Of a stretch of DNA of 64,000 bases, positions 1 to 15,856 are shown in pieces; the first letter of the stretch is position 1; every line of letters starts with the position of its first letter. The notes below the pieces were generated by a model that was not told the DNA's origin, made no database searches, and saw nothing but the letters and a program-made list of their open reading frames with translations. This DNA is from Scenedesmus sp. PABB004 (lineage: Eukaryota), in NCBI GenBank assembly GCA_014905635.1, contig JABVCE010000036.1:1-64000 (forward strand), read 5' to 3'. Position numbers and translations under genes: made by a program.

Positions 1-229
1 CCTAAACCCTAAACCCTAAACCCTAAACCCTAAACCCTAAACCCTAAACCCTAAACCCTAAACCCTAAACCCTAAACCCTAAACCCTAAACCCTAAACCC
101 TAAACCCTAAAACCTAAACCCTAAACCCTAAACCCTAAAAACCTAAACCTTAAAACCTAAAACCTAAAACCTAAACCTGAAACCTAACCTAAACCTAAAC
201 CCTAAAACCTAAACATAAAACCTAAACCC
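1..229. repeat. Telomeric repeat array (CCCTAAA)n, i.e. TTTAGGG on the other strand; chromosome end
   Basis: Perfect CCCTAAA units from 1 to about 108, then degenerate variants (CCTAAAA, CCTAAA, CCTGAAA, CATAAAA) to about 229. Confidence 0.98.
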
Positions 230-645
230 TGCGTCGCCATGGGCACACCGGTTGCGCGAGAGGCTTTGCGGAGCAGCAGTGGTTGCTTTGGACGTTGCAA
301 GGGCACACACCCTGACACAAGGCGGCCGGGCGCGGTTCGAGGGGCAGGGCGCGGTGTCTCAGCGCTTGGCCGAGGCCCATGATGCAGCAAGCAAATGCAG
401 TTTTCGGCGAGTTCACGCCGAACAAAGTGCGGACTGTCCACGCGCGCGGTGTTGCGTTCAACCCATCCCCCAACACCCCGCCATTCTGCGCGGCATTCGA
501 GTCAGCACAAAGCGTGCGGGGCAAGTCTTGCACCAACGGCCGCAAGTCACCGCGCGGGTCACAATTTGCTTGACTAAACCGACTCTCCCCGCCTCTCTCC
601 CCACCGCTCCCCTCCAAGTGCAGTGGCCACGCGCCGGGGGGCGCC

Positions 646-3436
646 TCAAAAGCAGTGCACGTGCGCGGGGGTGCTCAGCGAGCGGCTCAGCGAGCGCGCG
701 ACGGGGCAGCCGCCGCCGGCGGCGGCGGCCGCCGTCGCGCCGCACACGCCGCGGCGCGCGGCGCGCGGGGGCGGCGCCGCCGGCGCGGCTGCCGGCGCGT
801 GCGGCCGCGCCTCGAAGAGCTGGGATAGGTGCGCGGACGCGGCGCGCAGCGCGGCCGCGCCCGGCGCGACGGCGGACAGCGCGCGCGTGATGAGGCCGCT
901 GCTGCTCAGCGGCTCCGCGTCGTCGTCGTCGCCAGGCAGCATGATGCCGACCGCGTCGTCGTCGCCCCACAGCTCATCGTCCCCGTCGTCCTCCGCCGCG
1001 GTGATAACGAGCGCGGCGGGCGTGACCGCGCCGAAGCGCTGCGGCGCGCCGCTCGCGGCGACGTCGGGCCCCGCCACGCGGCCGCCGACCAGGAACTCCT
1101 TGCCCAGCCGCTGCTGCGCCCACATGATGATCGTGTCGATGTTGGGCACGGCGACGCCGAGCACCTCCGCGATGCCGCGCACCGGCACGAGGCCAAACGG
1201 CACGTCCTCGGCGAGGAGGCGGTGGGTAAAGTCGGGCACAAAGCCGCCGCCCTCGGCGGCGCGCATGGGGTGGAAGATGCCCGCGTACGCGGCGTTGGTG
1301 GTTAGGACCGAGTGCAGCGTGGAGGGGTCGCCCACGTAGTCGGAGTAGATCGCGGCGAGGTCAGTGCGCGGGTCTACGGCGGCGGACGTGCAGCGCAGCA
1401 CGGCTCGCGCGTCGCGAGCCGCAGAGCACGGCGCGCCGCGCGGCAGCGGGGCTTGGCGCGGCGCGCGCGGCCGCTAGCGCGCCGACCGCTCCGACCGCTG
1501 GGCGCGCGCTGCTGCCTAGCCACGCTCGACCGGCGCGGCGCTGGGCGGGCGCACGCACCGGGCACGTAGACCGAGGAGCGCAGGCCCATCGCGGCACACA
1601 TCGCGTCGATGACGCTCTGCGCCTCCGCCGTCACCGCCTCGACGAGCTCCGCAGCGTCCTCGGTCATGCCGTGGTAGAAAAGGGGGCGCTCCGGCACCGG
1701 CTGCCCGTCCCACTCGCGCCAGCGCGCGTACATTATGGCCGGGTGCTGCGCGCGCGGAAGGGCGGGGAGGCGGGTCAGCGGGAGACCCCAAGAGCGGCAG
1801 CCCCCGCGCCCGAGGCGGCCTGCCCGGGGAGGCTGTGGGGTCACCAACACCCGCGCGCGCCGCGCCGCCGTCGCCGCCGCCGCAGCGGTGCGCCGGCGGG
1901 ACGCGCCCGTCGGCTGCATGGGCAGCACGGTGCCGCCCCGGCCGCGCGCTGGGCGACTCACCAACACGTCATTGCCCAGCACCTACGGCGGCAGCAGCAA
2001 CGGCAGCGCCCGCTCAGCGCCGGGCTCAGCTCAAGGTTTGCCAGGTTGCAGCCGCTGCCCCCCTGGCCAGGGCCCGGCCGCGGGCAGCCGCTGCCGGCAA
2101 ACCGTGGCCGGCCCGCGTGAGTGCTGCGCGCTCACGTCGTACGGGAAGAACGTGACCTCGAGAGCGTTGGGGCTTAGGATAAAGCGCGTGCCCTCAAACA
2201 GGCCGCCCAGCAGGCGGGGCAGCATGGCGGCCAACAGCAGGCTGGTGCCGGGGCCGACCGCAAAGTCGATGTGCGCCTTGGTGCCGCAGATGGTCACCAC
2301 GCCCGGCGCCTGCGAGCGGGGGCGTTGCCGCGCGGCTCGGCTAGCGGCGCGCCCACGCTAGCGCAGCCGCGGCAGGCCCGCGCGCGCTCGCGCACGCTCG
2401 CTCGCGCGCGCGCCGGGCGCCACCAACCTGCATGCGGCAGGCCCAGGGCAGCACCTTGGCGGCAGCAAAGATGGGCATGCGCGCCGTGTGCGGCCGCCCC
2501 GCAGCCGCGTCCGCGTCTGCCAGCTCCGCGAGCGCGGTCTTGAGCTGCGGCGCGCGCGGCGGCGGCGTCAACGTCGCGCTCGCCGCCGGTCCGGCGCGCG
2601 GCGTGCCCGCTGCAGCGGCGCGCCGCGGCTCGCAGGCGCCGCCGCGCTCCGCGCGCTGCGCGCCTGCAGGTAGTTTACGGGGCCGATGCCCTGAAGGAAG
2701 AGCAGGAGCTGGTGATGGCGGAGGGAGGGCACCAGCTCCCGGAGGAGCGGCTCCATGGCCGGCGCGGTGACGCTGATGATGACGATGTCGGCGCTGGCCA
2801 GCGCCGTGGCGGCGTCGGTGGACACGCCCGCGACCGGGCCCTACGGCGCGCCGGGCCGGCGGGCGGGGCAGGCGGGCGGGCGGGCGGGGTGAGCGCGCGG
2901 CCCGCCCCGGCCGGCGGGTGGGCGCGGCGCAGCCCAGCAGGCGCAGGGCCCGGTCGGCAGACTCGCGCGCGCGCACGTCGAACGTTGTGGTCTCGGCCTG
3001 CCCGCCGGCGCCGGTGCGCCGCGTGATGCGGATGGCGCCGCCGTTCGCCGCAAGCGTCGCGCGCATGGCGGCGGCGCGCTCCTCGTACTTGGGCGAATAG
3101 TAGAGCGTCACGTCGTGCCCGCCAGAGCCCAGCAGGCCCGCGGCGGTCTGGGCTGCGCGCGGCGCGGCAGCAGCGGGGCGGCGGCAGTCGGCGGAACGGC
3201 TCGTGGGGCCGGCGCGCAGGTCGCGACGTCTGCGCACCGACGCTCAGCGACGCTGGGGCGCGGCGCGGCCGGGCGTCTCGCTCGGGCGCGGCCGCACGAC
3301 AGCCCGGGACCCGCGAGCCCCCGCCCCGCGCCTGCTGGCCCGGGCCCGGCAGGCACGGGCGCGCAGTCGATCGCGCGCACGCACCGCCGTTGCCAGAGCC
3401 GCACACCACGACGCGGAAGTGTGTGCGCAGCTTCAT
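646..3436 (-). CDS. NAD(P)-dependent opine (octopine/nopaline/tauropine-type) dehydrogenase, multi-exon
   Basis: ATG at 3436 gives MKLRTHFRVVVCGSGNGG (Rossmann GxGxxG), later ADIVIISVTA, LPWACR and HPAIMYARW..W..P..RPLFY. C-terminal helical domain FVPDFTHRLLAEDVPFGLVPVRGIAEVLGVAVPNIDTIIMWAQ matches the opine DH family. Acidic low-complexity tail; exact stop less certain. Confidence 0.85.
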
Positions 3437-3454
3437 GCCGGGCCGATGTCGGAG

Positions 3455-3676
3455 GACTGCAGGTTGTGGCGCCTCTGCGTTGCGTTCTTTGCGGTGCGCG
3501 CGTGCTGTGTGGAAGGCTCGAGCTCGACACCGACTGTTGGACCGCCCGGGCAAGCAACCAGCGCGCCGCAAGGCGCGCCGGTCCCGCTGAACTTCCGCGC
3601 GCTCACGCCCTGTCGGGGGCCCCGCGCGTGACGCCGCGGCCCTGGCCGCGCCGCATACAGCACCACCGCTGCTCAG
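3455..3676 (+). repeat. Direct repeat A, copy 1 (about 200 bp)
   Basis: ggttgtggcgcctctgcgt...ggaaggctcgagctc...tgtcgggggccccgcgcgtgacgccgcggccctggccgcgcc recurs with a few substitutions and indels at 5888-6126. Confidence 0.9.
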
Positions 3677-3831
3677 TGCAGCTCTGCGACAAGCACGCGC
3701 GACCCACGCGCAGCAGCGCGCCCGGCAGCAGCAAGCGGCCCCTTTCGAGACCGAAGGCTGGCCCGGCCGAGGGCGCAGCGACCCCGCGTGTGTCGCCTCA
3801 CAGCGCGGCGCGACGCTCTCTGCTAGCCGCG

Positions 3832-5653
3832 ATGGCCGGCGTCAAGCGGGGGGCCGACGCCGGCCGAGCAGCGGCGGTGCAGGCCGCCGCCACGCTGCAG
3901 GAGGTCTCCTCGGCAAGGTACCTGGCTTTTGTCGCCCTGGCCATGTTCGTGCAGGTGCGGCATTGGCGCCGGCGTTGACGGCGCGCTGCCCGCGCGCCCC
4001 GCGCCGCGCTGCGTGCTCACCGGCGGCTCGCTGCCCGCGCGCCCCGCGCCGCACTGCTCGCTTACCGGCGCGCGCCGCCGGCAGGTCAACTGGGGCCTCT
4101 ACGGCGTGTGCAGTCGGTATCTGCAGACGCAGGCGGCGGTTGACATCCCCACGATCCAGCTGGACGTCGTGCTGACCGCCGTCGCGTGGGCGGGGCTCGT
4201 GGCGTTCTACACGCTCCCGACCGCGGCACTCGGCCTCGCGCGCGCGGCCTGCAATGCCTGGCAGGCGCGGCGGCAGCCGCCCGAGCTGGTCGGCGTGGTG
4301 GTGGAGCGCAGCGCCCACGCTGGCGGTGCCGGCGCGCCGCCGCCCGGCAAGGCCGCGCCCGCGGGCGCGGTGCCTGGCAGGCGCGCGTGGCTGGTGTCGA
4401 TGGGCGTGGCGACCGCTATCGGGGGCCTCGTGGCGGCGCAGGGCCTGACGCTCATCTGGGCCAGCCGCTACACGGTCGCGTACATCGTCCAGGTGCGCGG
4501 CCGCGCGCGCGCGGCACGGACGCAGCCCATCGCCACCGAGCTCTGGGGGGCCGGCGCGTCGCCAGCGTGCCCGTGCGCGGCGCGCGCCCGCGCGTGCGTG
4601 CGCGCCGCCGCTGAGCGCGTGCGTGCGCCCCGGCCTTTGCCGCCGCCTTGCAGTTGGTGTTCCTGCTCACGCCGCTGGCGACGGCGCTGGCCAACAAGGT
4701 CGTGCTGCGCCAGCCCACGCCCCCGCACCTGCTGCCCACGCTGGCCGCGGCGCTCGCGGCGTCGGCTCTGATCATCGTGGGCAACTACATGGAGGTCTTG
4801 GCCATCGCTGACGCCAACCCCTCCAGCGACCGCTCGCCCGCGCGCATGGCGGCGGGCCTGGGCCTCGCCATCACCAGCATGCTCCTCCTCACCGCCTACC
4901 TCGTCGCGCTGCAGGTGCGCGCGCGGGCGCGGAGGCGCGCCCCGCCTGCGCGCACGCCGAGCGCGCAAGGTGGCAGCCGGCGCGCTCGAGCTGACGGCGC
5001 CGCCGCGCCGCGCTGCCCGGTCGCAGGTCACGCAGCATCTGGTCACCGGCGTGCAGGTCATGTGGGGCAACACGTACGTGACGCTGGTCGCGTTTGTGCC
5101 CCTTGCGCTGGCCGTGGAGGGTACGGACTGGTCGTGGGTGCTGGCGCTGCGTCTCGGCGACTGGGGCGTGATGGTGTTTGCCGGCTTCTTCATAGACGCG
5201 CTCAACACCATCTTCACGCAGCAGGCGGCGCGCGTGCTCGGCGCGGCGGTGGTCTCGATCTTCATCTCGCTGCGCCTCGTGTCGAGCCTGGTGGGGTCGA
5301 TCGTGCTGCTCGGCGAGCGGCCGACACACATGCCTGGCGCGGCCCTGGTCTGGGCTGGCTTTGCCGCAGTGTGCTGCGTCATGACGGCCTACATGGTCGC
5401 GCAGCGCTGCAGCGCCGCCGGGCGCGAGCTTGAGGCGCAGCGCGTGCAGCGCCAGGCGTCGCTGCTGTTTGACGCCGAGATCCAGGAGGCGCTGGCGCCC
5501 GCGGCGCTGGACCACGGGCTCTCCAGCCTGCAGCCGGGCGGCGCGACGGCGGTGGAGCTGCAGCGCCGGCTCGTGGCGCGCGCGCTGCGGCAGCGATCCT
5601 CAGCGGCGCGCACCCGCAGTGGCGAGGTGGGCGGCCAGGAGCTGCCGCAGTGA
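3832..5653 (+). CDS. EamA/DMT-superfamily multi-pass membrane transporter, 4 exons
   Basis: Approximate exons 3832-3954, 4085-4492, 4654-4914 and 5026-5653 with GT-AG introns. About 10 hydrophobic helices; DMT-like segments (VQLVFLLTPLATALANKVVL; ARVLGAAVVSIFISLRLVSSLVGSIVLLGE). Confidence 0.75.
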
Positions 5654-5887
5654 GGCAAGCGCCGCAGTGAGGCAAGCGCTGCAGAACAGGAACAGCCGTC
5701 TGAATTTGAGCGGCACTGAGAACGTGGCTGCTGGGGGGACCAACCTTGACCGTTGACTGCACTGCAGGGCGTGAACTCATGTTCTGCACTGATCTGCCCA
5801 GCCTTTTGGGCATGCCGTGGCTGGAGGCCGTGAACTCCAGCCACCCGCGGCGGCGTCGCTCGCTCAGGCGCAGCCGCGACAACCGGC

Positions 5888-6126
5888 GACTGCAGGCCCC
5901 GCCCCTGGCTGGGTTGTGGCGCCTCTGCGTGCGTTCTTTGCGGTGCGCGCGTGCTGTGTGGAAGGCTCGAGCTCAGCACCGACTGTCGGACCGCCCGGGG
6001 CAAGCAACGAGCGCACCGCAAGGCGCGCCGGTCCAGCTGAACTTCCGCGCGCTCACGCCCTGTCGGGGGCCCCGCGCGTGACGCCGCGGCCCTGGCCGCG
6101 CCTGACACAACGCCGCCGCTGCTCAG
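5888..6126 (+). repeat. Direct repeat A, copy 2
   Basis: Highly similar to 3455-3676, same orientation, about 2.45 kb apart. Confidence 0.9.
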
Positions 6127-6223
6127 CCCCGCCACTGCGCGCGCGCGACCACGCTGCACTGCCGGCGCGCGTGCGAGCTTGGAACCAGCGGTCCAAGAGA
6201 TTACAGGCACGCGCAGCAGCTCG

Positions 6224-11096
<4,873 letters not shown>

Positions 11097-11433
11097 GCTG
11101 CTGCCCGACGGCCCCGCGCCGGCACGGCTGGTGCTGCGCATCCGGTAAGACCACGCGGTCGAGCAGCCCTGCCAATTGAGCGCGCTTCGAGCGCCCCTGC
11201 ACGGCAGGTGCGCCGCGCAGCCCGAGTGCTGCTGCCGCTCCTGGCCCTCCTCTCCCCGAGCCGTGGGCGCGCGGCGGTGCGGCGCGAATAGTCGCGGCGT
11301 GCACAGCGGGTGCTGACCTGAACTCAGCTGGTCGTTGTGCGGCGGCGCTGAGCCCTCGCGCCCCGGGCGGCGGCGAACGCGCGGCGCGGAGTCACATCGC
11401 GAGCAGGGCACCCCCGGCCGCCCAGCAGGCCGC

Positions 11434-12684
11434 TCAGCGCGAGGGCTTGGGCGTTCGGTCGATGAGGCCGCGCACGCCCTTGACCAGGCTCGTGAGCGGG
11501 CTCGCCGCGGCGCGCGCGTTGATGAAGACGAGCTCCAGGTCGGACGCGCCCGGACGGCGCGCCATCTGGCCGACCTGCACAAACCGGCCGCCCTCCTGCA
11601 GCAGCACGCGCCAGGGGCTGGCGCCGCCGCCCGGCGCCACGCGCAGCACAGCGCCCTCCGCCCGCACCAGGCCCTGGCGGCGGCGCGGGGGTCCGCGGCG
11701 CTCGTCAGCGACGCTGGCGCGCGTGGCGCCGCGGGCGGGCCTGCCGGCGCGGCGCGCGCGGGCGGCATGAGCGCGCACCTGCGTGGCGAGGGGCATGAAC
11801 GCGTACGCCGCGTCAAACGACTCGACCAGGCCCTTGAACGCCGGCGGCGTGCCCTCGTGCCACCCGGGGTTGAGCGCGAGCGCCCACGGCCCCGACCACA
11901 CCTCGTCCAGCAGCTGCTCCACCAGGGCGACCTGCGGCAAGGGGGGGGGGGCGGTCAGGTGGAGGCCTGGCAGGCGGCCGCGGCCGAGGGCTGCGGCGCA
12001 GGCGCGACTGGTTGCCCCCCCCCCCTCGGGACTGCCCCCGTCACCCACGTCTGCGACGGCAGGCTCCACCAGCACCAGCGGCCCGCCCAGGCTGGGCGCT
12101 TGGCACGCGGCGCGGAGCGACAGCACCGCGCCCGCGCGCTTGATCGCGCCGCCGGCCGCCGCCGCCGCGTCGGCGGCCGCGTCGCTGGCAAACACCACGC
12201 TCGCCGCGCCCGCCGCAGCGGCCGGCAGGCGCGCCAGCACGTCGCCCGCCAGGGCCGCCGCCTCGGCCGGCGAGCCGCCGCCGAGCGGCAGCTCGATGGC
12301 AAACCGCGTGCCCCCCGCGCTGCCGGCGCCGCTGCTGCCGGCGAAGCCCTTGGCTCGCTTGCCGCCCTTTGCGAGCGGCCGCACCCGGGCCCGCAGCGCG
12401 TCCGCGGCGGCGTCCAGCTGGGGGGTGCGCGGCGCGGGCGGCGCGTGAGCCGCAACGACGGGGAGGCGCGAGGCGGCGCGCCGCCGCTGCCGGGCGCGCG
12501 CTGCCGCTGCTGCGCCGCGCACCGCGGCCTCGCGGCTCTCCGGCACCGCCACCACCGGGCGCTCCTCGGAGGCCGCGGCCCGCAGGGCGCCGGGGCGCGG
12601 CCGAATTTGCGGCCTGGCGCCCCGCACGCACGCCGACGGCGGCGCGCGCCACTGCTGCGCCGCTGCTGCTGGCGCGGCGTGCAT
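11434..12684 (-). CDS. Plastid-targeted DUF1995-like protein, multi-exon
   Basis: Transit peptide, then [45 protein letters not shown] and RRP..DLE, a pattern typical of DUF1995. Confidence 0.6.
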   Translation of the reverse strand: MHAAPAAAAQQWRAPPSACVRGARPQIRPRPGALRAAASEERPVVAVPESREAAVRGAAAAARARQRRRAASRLPVVAAHAPPAPRTPQLDAAADALRARVRPLAKGGKRAKGFAGSSGAGSAGGTRFAIELPLGGGSPAEAAALAGDVLARLPAAAAGAASVVFASDAAADAAAAAGGAIKRAGAVLSLRAACQAPSLGGPLVLVEPAVADVGDGGSPEGGGATSRACAAALGRGRLPGLHLTAPPPLPQVALVEQLLDEVWSGPWALALNPGWHEGTPPAFKGLVESFDAAYAFMPLATQVRAHAARARRAGRPARGATRASVADERRGPPRRRQGLVRAEGAVLRVAPGGGASPWRVLLQEGGRFVQVGQMARRPGASDLELVFINARAAASPLTSLVKGVRGLIDRTPKPSR

Positions 12685-12947
12685 CGCTGCTGCTGCGAGC
12701 GAGCGTGAGCGATGGCGGGAGTGACGCCAGCTGTCAGGATGCACCGGGTGGCGCGGGGCGAGCATCAAACGAGCTCCCCAGGAGGCAGGCGCAGGTTCTG
12801 TCACATCCCGCCGACCGCCGGCGCGTCCGGCACAGCCCCGTACCGGCCAGCCGCAGGTCACGCACGCGACGTCCGCCGCGCCTCCCTGCGCTCGCGCCGC
12901 CCGGCAAGCCGCCCCCCGCTCCCGCGCGGCCGCAGCCCCACCCCGCA

Positions 12948-13938
12948 ATGGCAAAGCGCAAGCGCGACGCACCGGCACCTGCTGAGGCCGCAGACGACGA
13001 CGCGCCCGGCCCCAGCGGGCTGGAGGACCCACTGACAGCAGTCGTCTACATCGGGTGCGCGCGCCGCGGCGGCCGCGGCGCGGCGGCCGCGGCGCGGCGC
13101 GGGCCCGGCCCACGCCCAGGCGGGGCCGGGGCGACGCGCATGCCCGGGGACACGCCGCCGCGCCGCCGCAGGCACCTGCCGCACGGCTTTTACGAGGACG
13201 AGCTGCTCGGTGCGCAGCGGCCGCAGCGCCCGCAGCAGCAGCGAGCGGCGGGTGGCGGCGGCGGCGGCGGGCGGCGGCGGCTCCGGGCGGCGGCGCCGGC
13301 GGTGGCGGGGGGCGGCGGGCCGTCGCAGGCGCGCGCTCCGCCGACGGCCGTCGGCCCTGCCCCGCGCGCCGGCGCAGGCTTCTTCTCGCAGTTTGGCAAG
13401 CTCGTGCGCGTGCGGCTGTCGCGGAGCAAGAAGAGCGGCAAGCCCAAGCACTATGCGTTCCTGGAGTTCCAGCACCCCGACGTCGCCGCGATCGCGGCGG
13501 AGACGATGGACGGCTACTTCATGTTCAAGCAGGCGCGCGGGGGCGCCGGGGGCGCGGGCGCACGCGCCACAGCCGCGCGGGCGCACGCCCCGCAGCCGCG
13601 CGGCGCGCCCGCGCGCTCAGGCCTCTGGCGCACGCGCCGCCGCCGGCGCCGCGCCGCAGCGCCTCGCGTGCCGCACGCTGCGCAAGAGCGAGGTCCACCC
13701 GCAGCTGTTCAAGGGCGCCAACCGCAAGTTCAAGAAGGTGCCGTGGCGCAAGATCGAGGCGGAGCGCGTCAACCGCGAGCGCACGCCCGCCGAGGCGGCG
13801 GCGCGCGTGGCGGCCCTGCTGAAGCGCGACCGCGCGCGCGCGCGGGCCATCGCCGCGGCGGGCATCGACTACGAGTACGAGCCGCTCGCCGCGCAGCAGC
13901 CGCGGCGCGCCAAGAAGACCACGTTCGACGGCGCCTGA
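12948..13938 (+). CDS. NIFK: Nucleolar RRM protein of the NIFK/Nop15 family (60S biogenesis)
   Basis: [84 protein letters not shown]. Confidence 0.9.
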
Positions 13939-14355
13939 GGCACGGCGACGGGCCAGGGGGGTGGAGGGCGAGGTGCTGCTTGCGGTCAGGGTTGCGGCAA
14001 GGCGGGGGGCAACTCGCCCGAGTTGCGCTCGGCGGCACGCGGCAACGGCGCGTGACCGTCCCGCCTTGAGCCGCCTTGCGCCGCCGCGGCGCCTCACTCC
14101 GCCGGTGCCCTCGCCGCGACCGGCCCCGCCTCTCAGTCACGACAGCCTCCCGGGCGGCCGGGCCGCCGCTGATCGGCGAGCCTCGGGCCTCCCGCCATCG
14201 AACCAGCGCAAAAGAAAACAGCGCTCGCTCGCCGGCCCGCGCTGGGCTCTCCGGACTGCGGTGGCTTTGCTTGTGCACGCCGGCAGCGCGCAACGTGCAG
14301 GCAGCCCCAGCGCGCAGGCGCCTCTCGCGGGACGCCGGGGGCGGTTGGTGCCGGC

Positions 14356-15330
14356 ATGGCGGGCGAGGCGAGCGTCTACGAGGGCGAGACAGCGTTCCTG
14401 GAGGAGCCCTGGGCCCTGCCCAAACCCGCGGCCGCGCCGCCCGCGGACTCGGCGGCGGCGCCGCCGCGCGGACGGTTGAACGGCGCCGGCGCTACGGACC
14501 GCGGCTTCGCGGCCGCGCTGCTCGCGCTGCTGGCCGTCACCGCCTGGGCGGTGGCCAGCGACCACGGCCCGGCGCCGCGGGGCCTGGCGTCGCGCGGCGT
14601 CGTGCCGGCGCCGCGCGGGAGCGGCCCGCCGCGCGCCGCCGCGGCGGTGCACACGAGCGTCGGCGCGGTCGACCTGCGGGCGGGCCGCCTGGAGCTCGCG
14701 GTGACCGTGACGCACGGCGACGGCGAGTACTGCGCGGCCGCGGGCGCGAGGGGCGCCGCGCTCGTGTTCGCCAGCGCGGCGCCCGGCGCCGCGGCGGCGC
14801 GCGTGCCGCTGTGCGCCGGCGGCCCGCGGACGGTGGTGCTGCCGCTGCAGAAGCTGGGCGCGCCGCATCCGTTTGACGAGCACACCGCGGAGGTGCGCCT
14901 GCGCCTGGAGGAGGAGCCCGCCGCCGGCGTCGCGGGCGCCGGCGCGGCGCACCCGCCGCCGCCGGCGGTGACGTGGCACGCCAGCTGGGCGGTTTCGGGG
15001 CTGCAGGTCGGGCTGGAGCGCAAGCTCGCGCCCCACGCGCGCCTACTGGCCGCGGCGGCAGGCGCCGCGTTTGACGGCGAGGAGGGCGGCTGGGGCAGCG
15101 GGCTGCTGGACGCGCTGGCGCCCGACCTCGCGCGCGGCGGCGGCGGGCAGCTCGCGTTTGAGCTGCGCCTCGCGCGCTCGTCGTGGCTGCGCGTGATCCA
15201 CCTCGCCGCGGCGCTCGTGCAGGTGGTGGCGGTCGGGTGGGTCGGCCTGGTGGTGCTGGGGCACTGCGTCGCGGCGCTCATCGTGCAGCGCTTCCTGTGC
15301 AACCGCGTGGTGCACGGCGTGAGGAGCTAG
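14356..15330 (+). CDS. Intronless membrane protein, possibly DUF4436/pentameric-channel extracellular-domain-like
   Basis: 324-aa ORF with strong GC3 bias. N-terminal TM, beta-rich middle containing HPFD, and ELRLARS preceding C-terminal hydrophobic helices. Confidence 0.55.
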   Translation: MAGEASVYEGETAFLEEPWALPKPAAAPPADSAAAPPRGRLNGAGATDRGFAAALLALLAVTAWAVASDHGPAPRGLASRGVVPAPRGSGPPRAAAAVHTSVGAVDLRAGRLELAVTVTHGDGEYCAAAGARGAALVFASAAPGAAAARVPLCAGGPRTVVLPLQKLGAPHPFDEHTAEVRLRLEEEPAAGVAGAGAAHPPPPAVTWHASWAVSGLQVGLERKLAPHARLLAAAAGAAFDGEEGGWGSGLLDALAPDLARGGGGQLAFELRLARSSWLRVIHLAAALVQVVAVGWVGLVVLGHCVAALIVQRFLCNRVVHGVRS

Positions 15331-15856
15331 GCGGCGCGACGCCGGCGCGCGCACGCCGCCGCTCCCCTCATGGTCTCTGGTTCGGGCGCGCGTGCCGCGC
15401 TTCAACCCGGTTTTGCACGCAGGCGTGCGAACTTCCAACCCCCTGTACCCTAGTGGCCACGCGCGCACACACGCTGCAAGCTGCACGGCTCGATTTTGAG
15501 GCGCGGGGTCGTCACGTGCACCGCGCCCGGCTGCGACACGCCGGCCGCGTCGTGCCCCGCTCCACGCGGGATTTATCTGCTCGGTGCCGGCGCTGGGCGC
15601 GCCCTGCGCGCATTGATTTTATGGTGATGCTGTTCTGCAGAGGCAACCGACAGAGTGCACGCGCAGACCCGCGGCCCGGTCGCGTGCGCCGCGGCCGATC
15701 GCGGCGGTGCAGCGGCAGGGCCTGCGCCCGCCGCCGCTGCCCGCCCTCTGCCCTGCCACAGCTCGGCCGCCGCAGTGGGCAGTGTCGTGCCAGCCACCGC
15801 GGCGATCTGGCGCAGCAGGCGGGCGCAGAGGCGCGTTCATCGCCGAGGTCGCGGCC

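Noticed and set aside
379..573. Short subtelomeric ORF
   Set aside because: It lacks the strong GC3 bias of the real genes here and has no recognisable motif.
5651..5800. Selenocysteine read-through of the EamA TGA with a SECIS element
   Set aside because: The GTGA..TGA spacing is too short for SECIS helix II plus apical loop, and there is no redox motif near the TGA.
15380..15660. Lower-GC intergenic stretch as an snRNA or snoRNA
   Set aside because: No canonical Sm site, C/D box pair or recognisable fold; consistent with a UTR or promoter.
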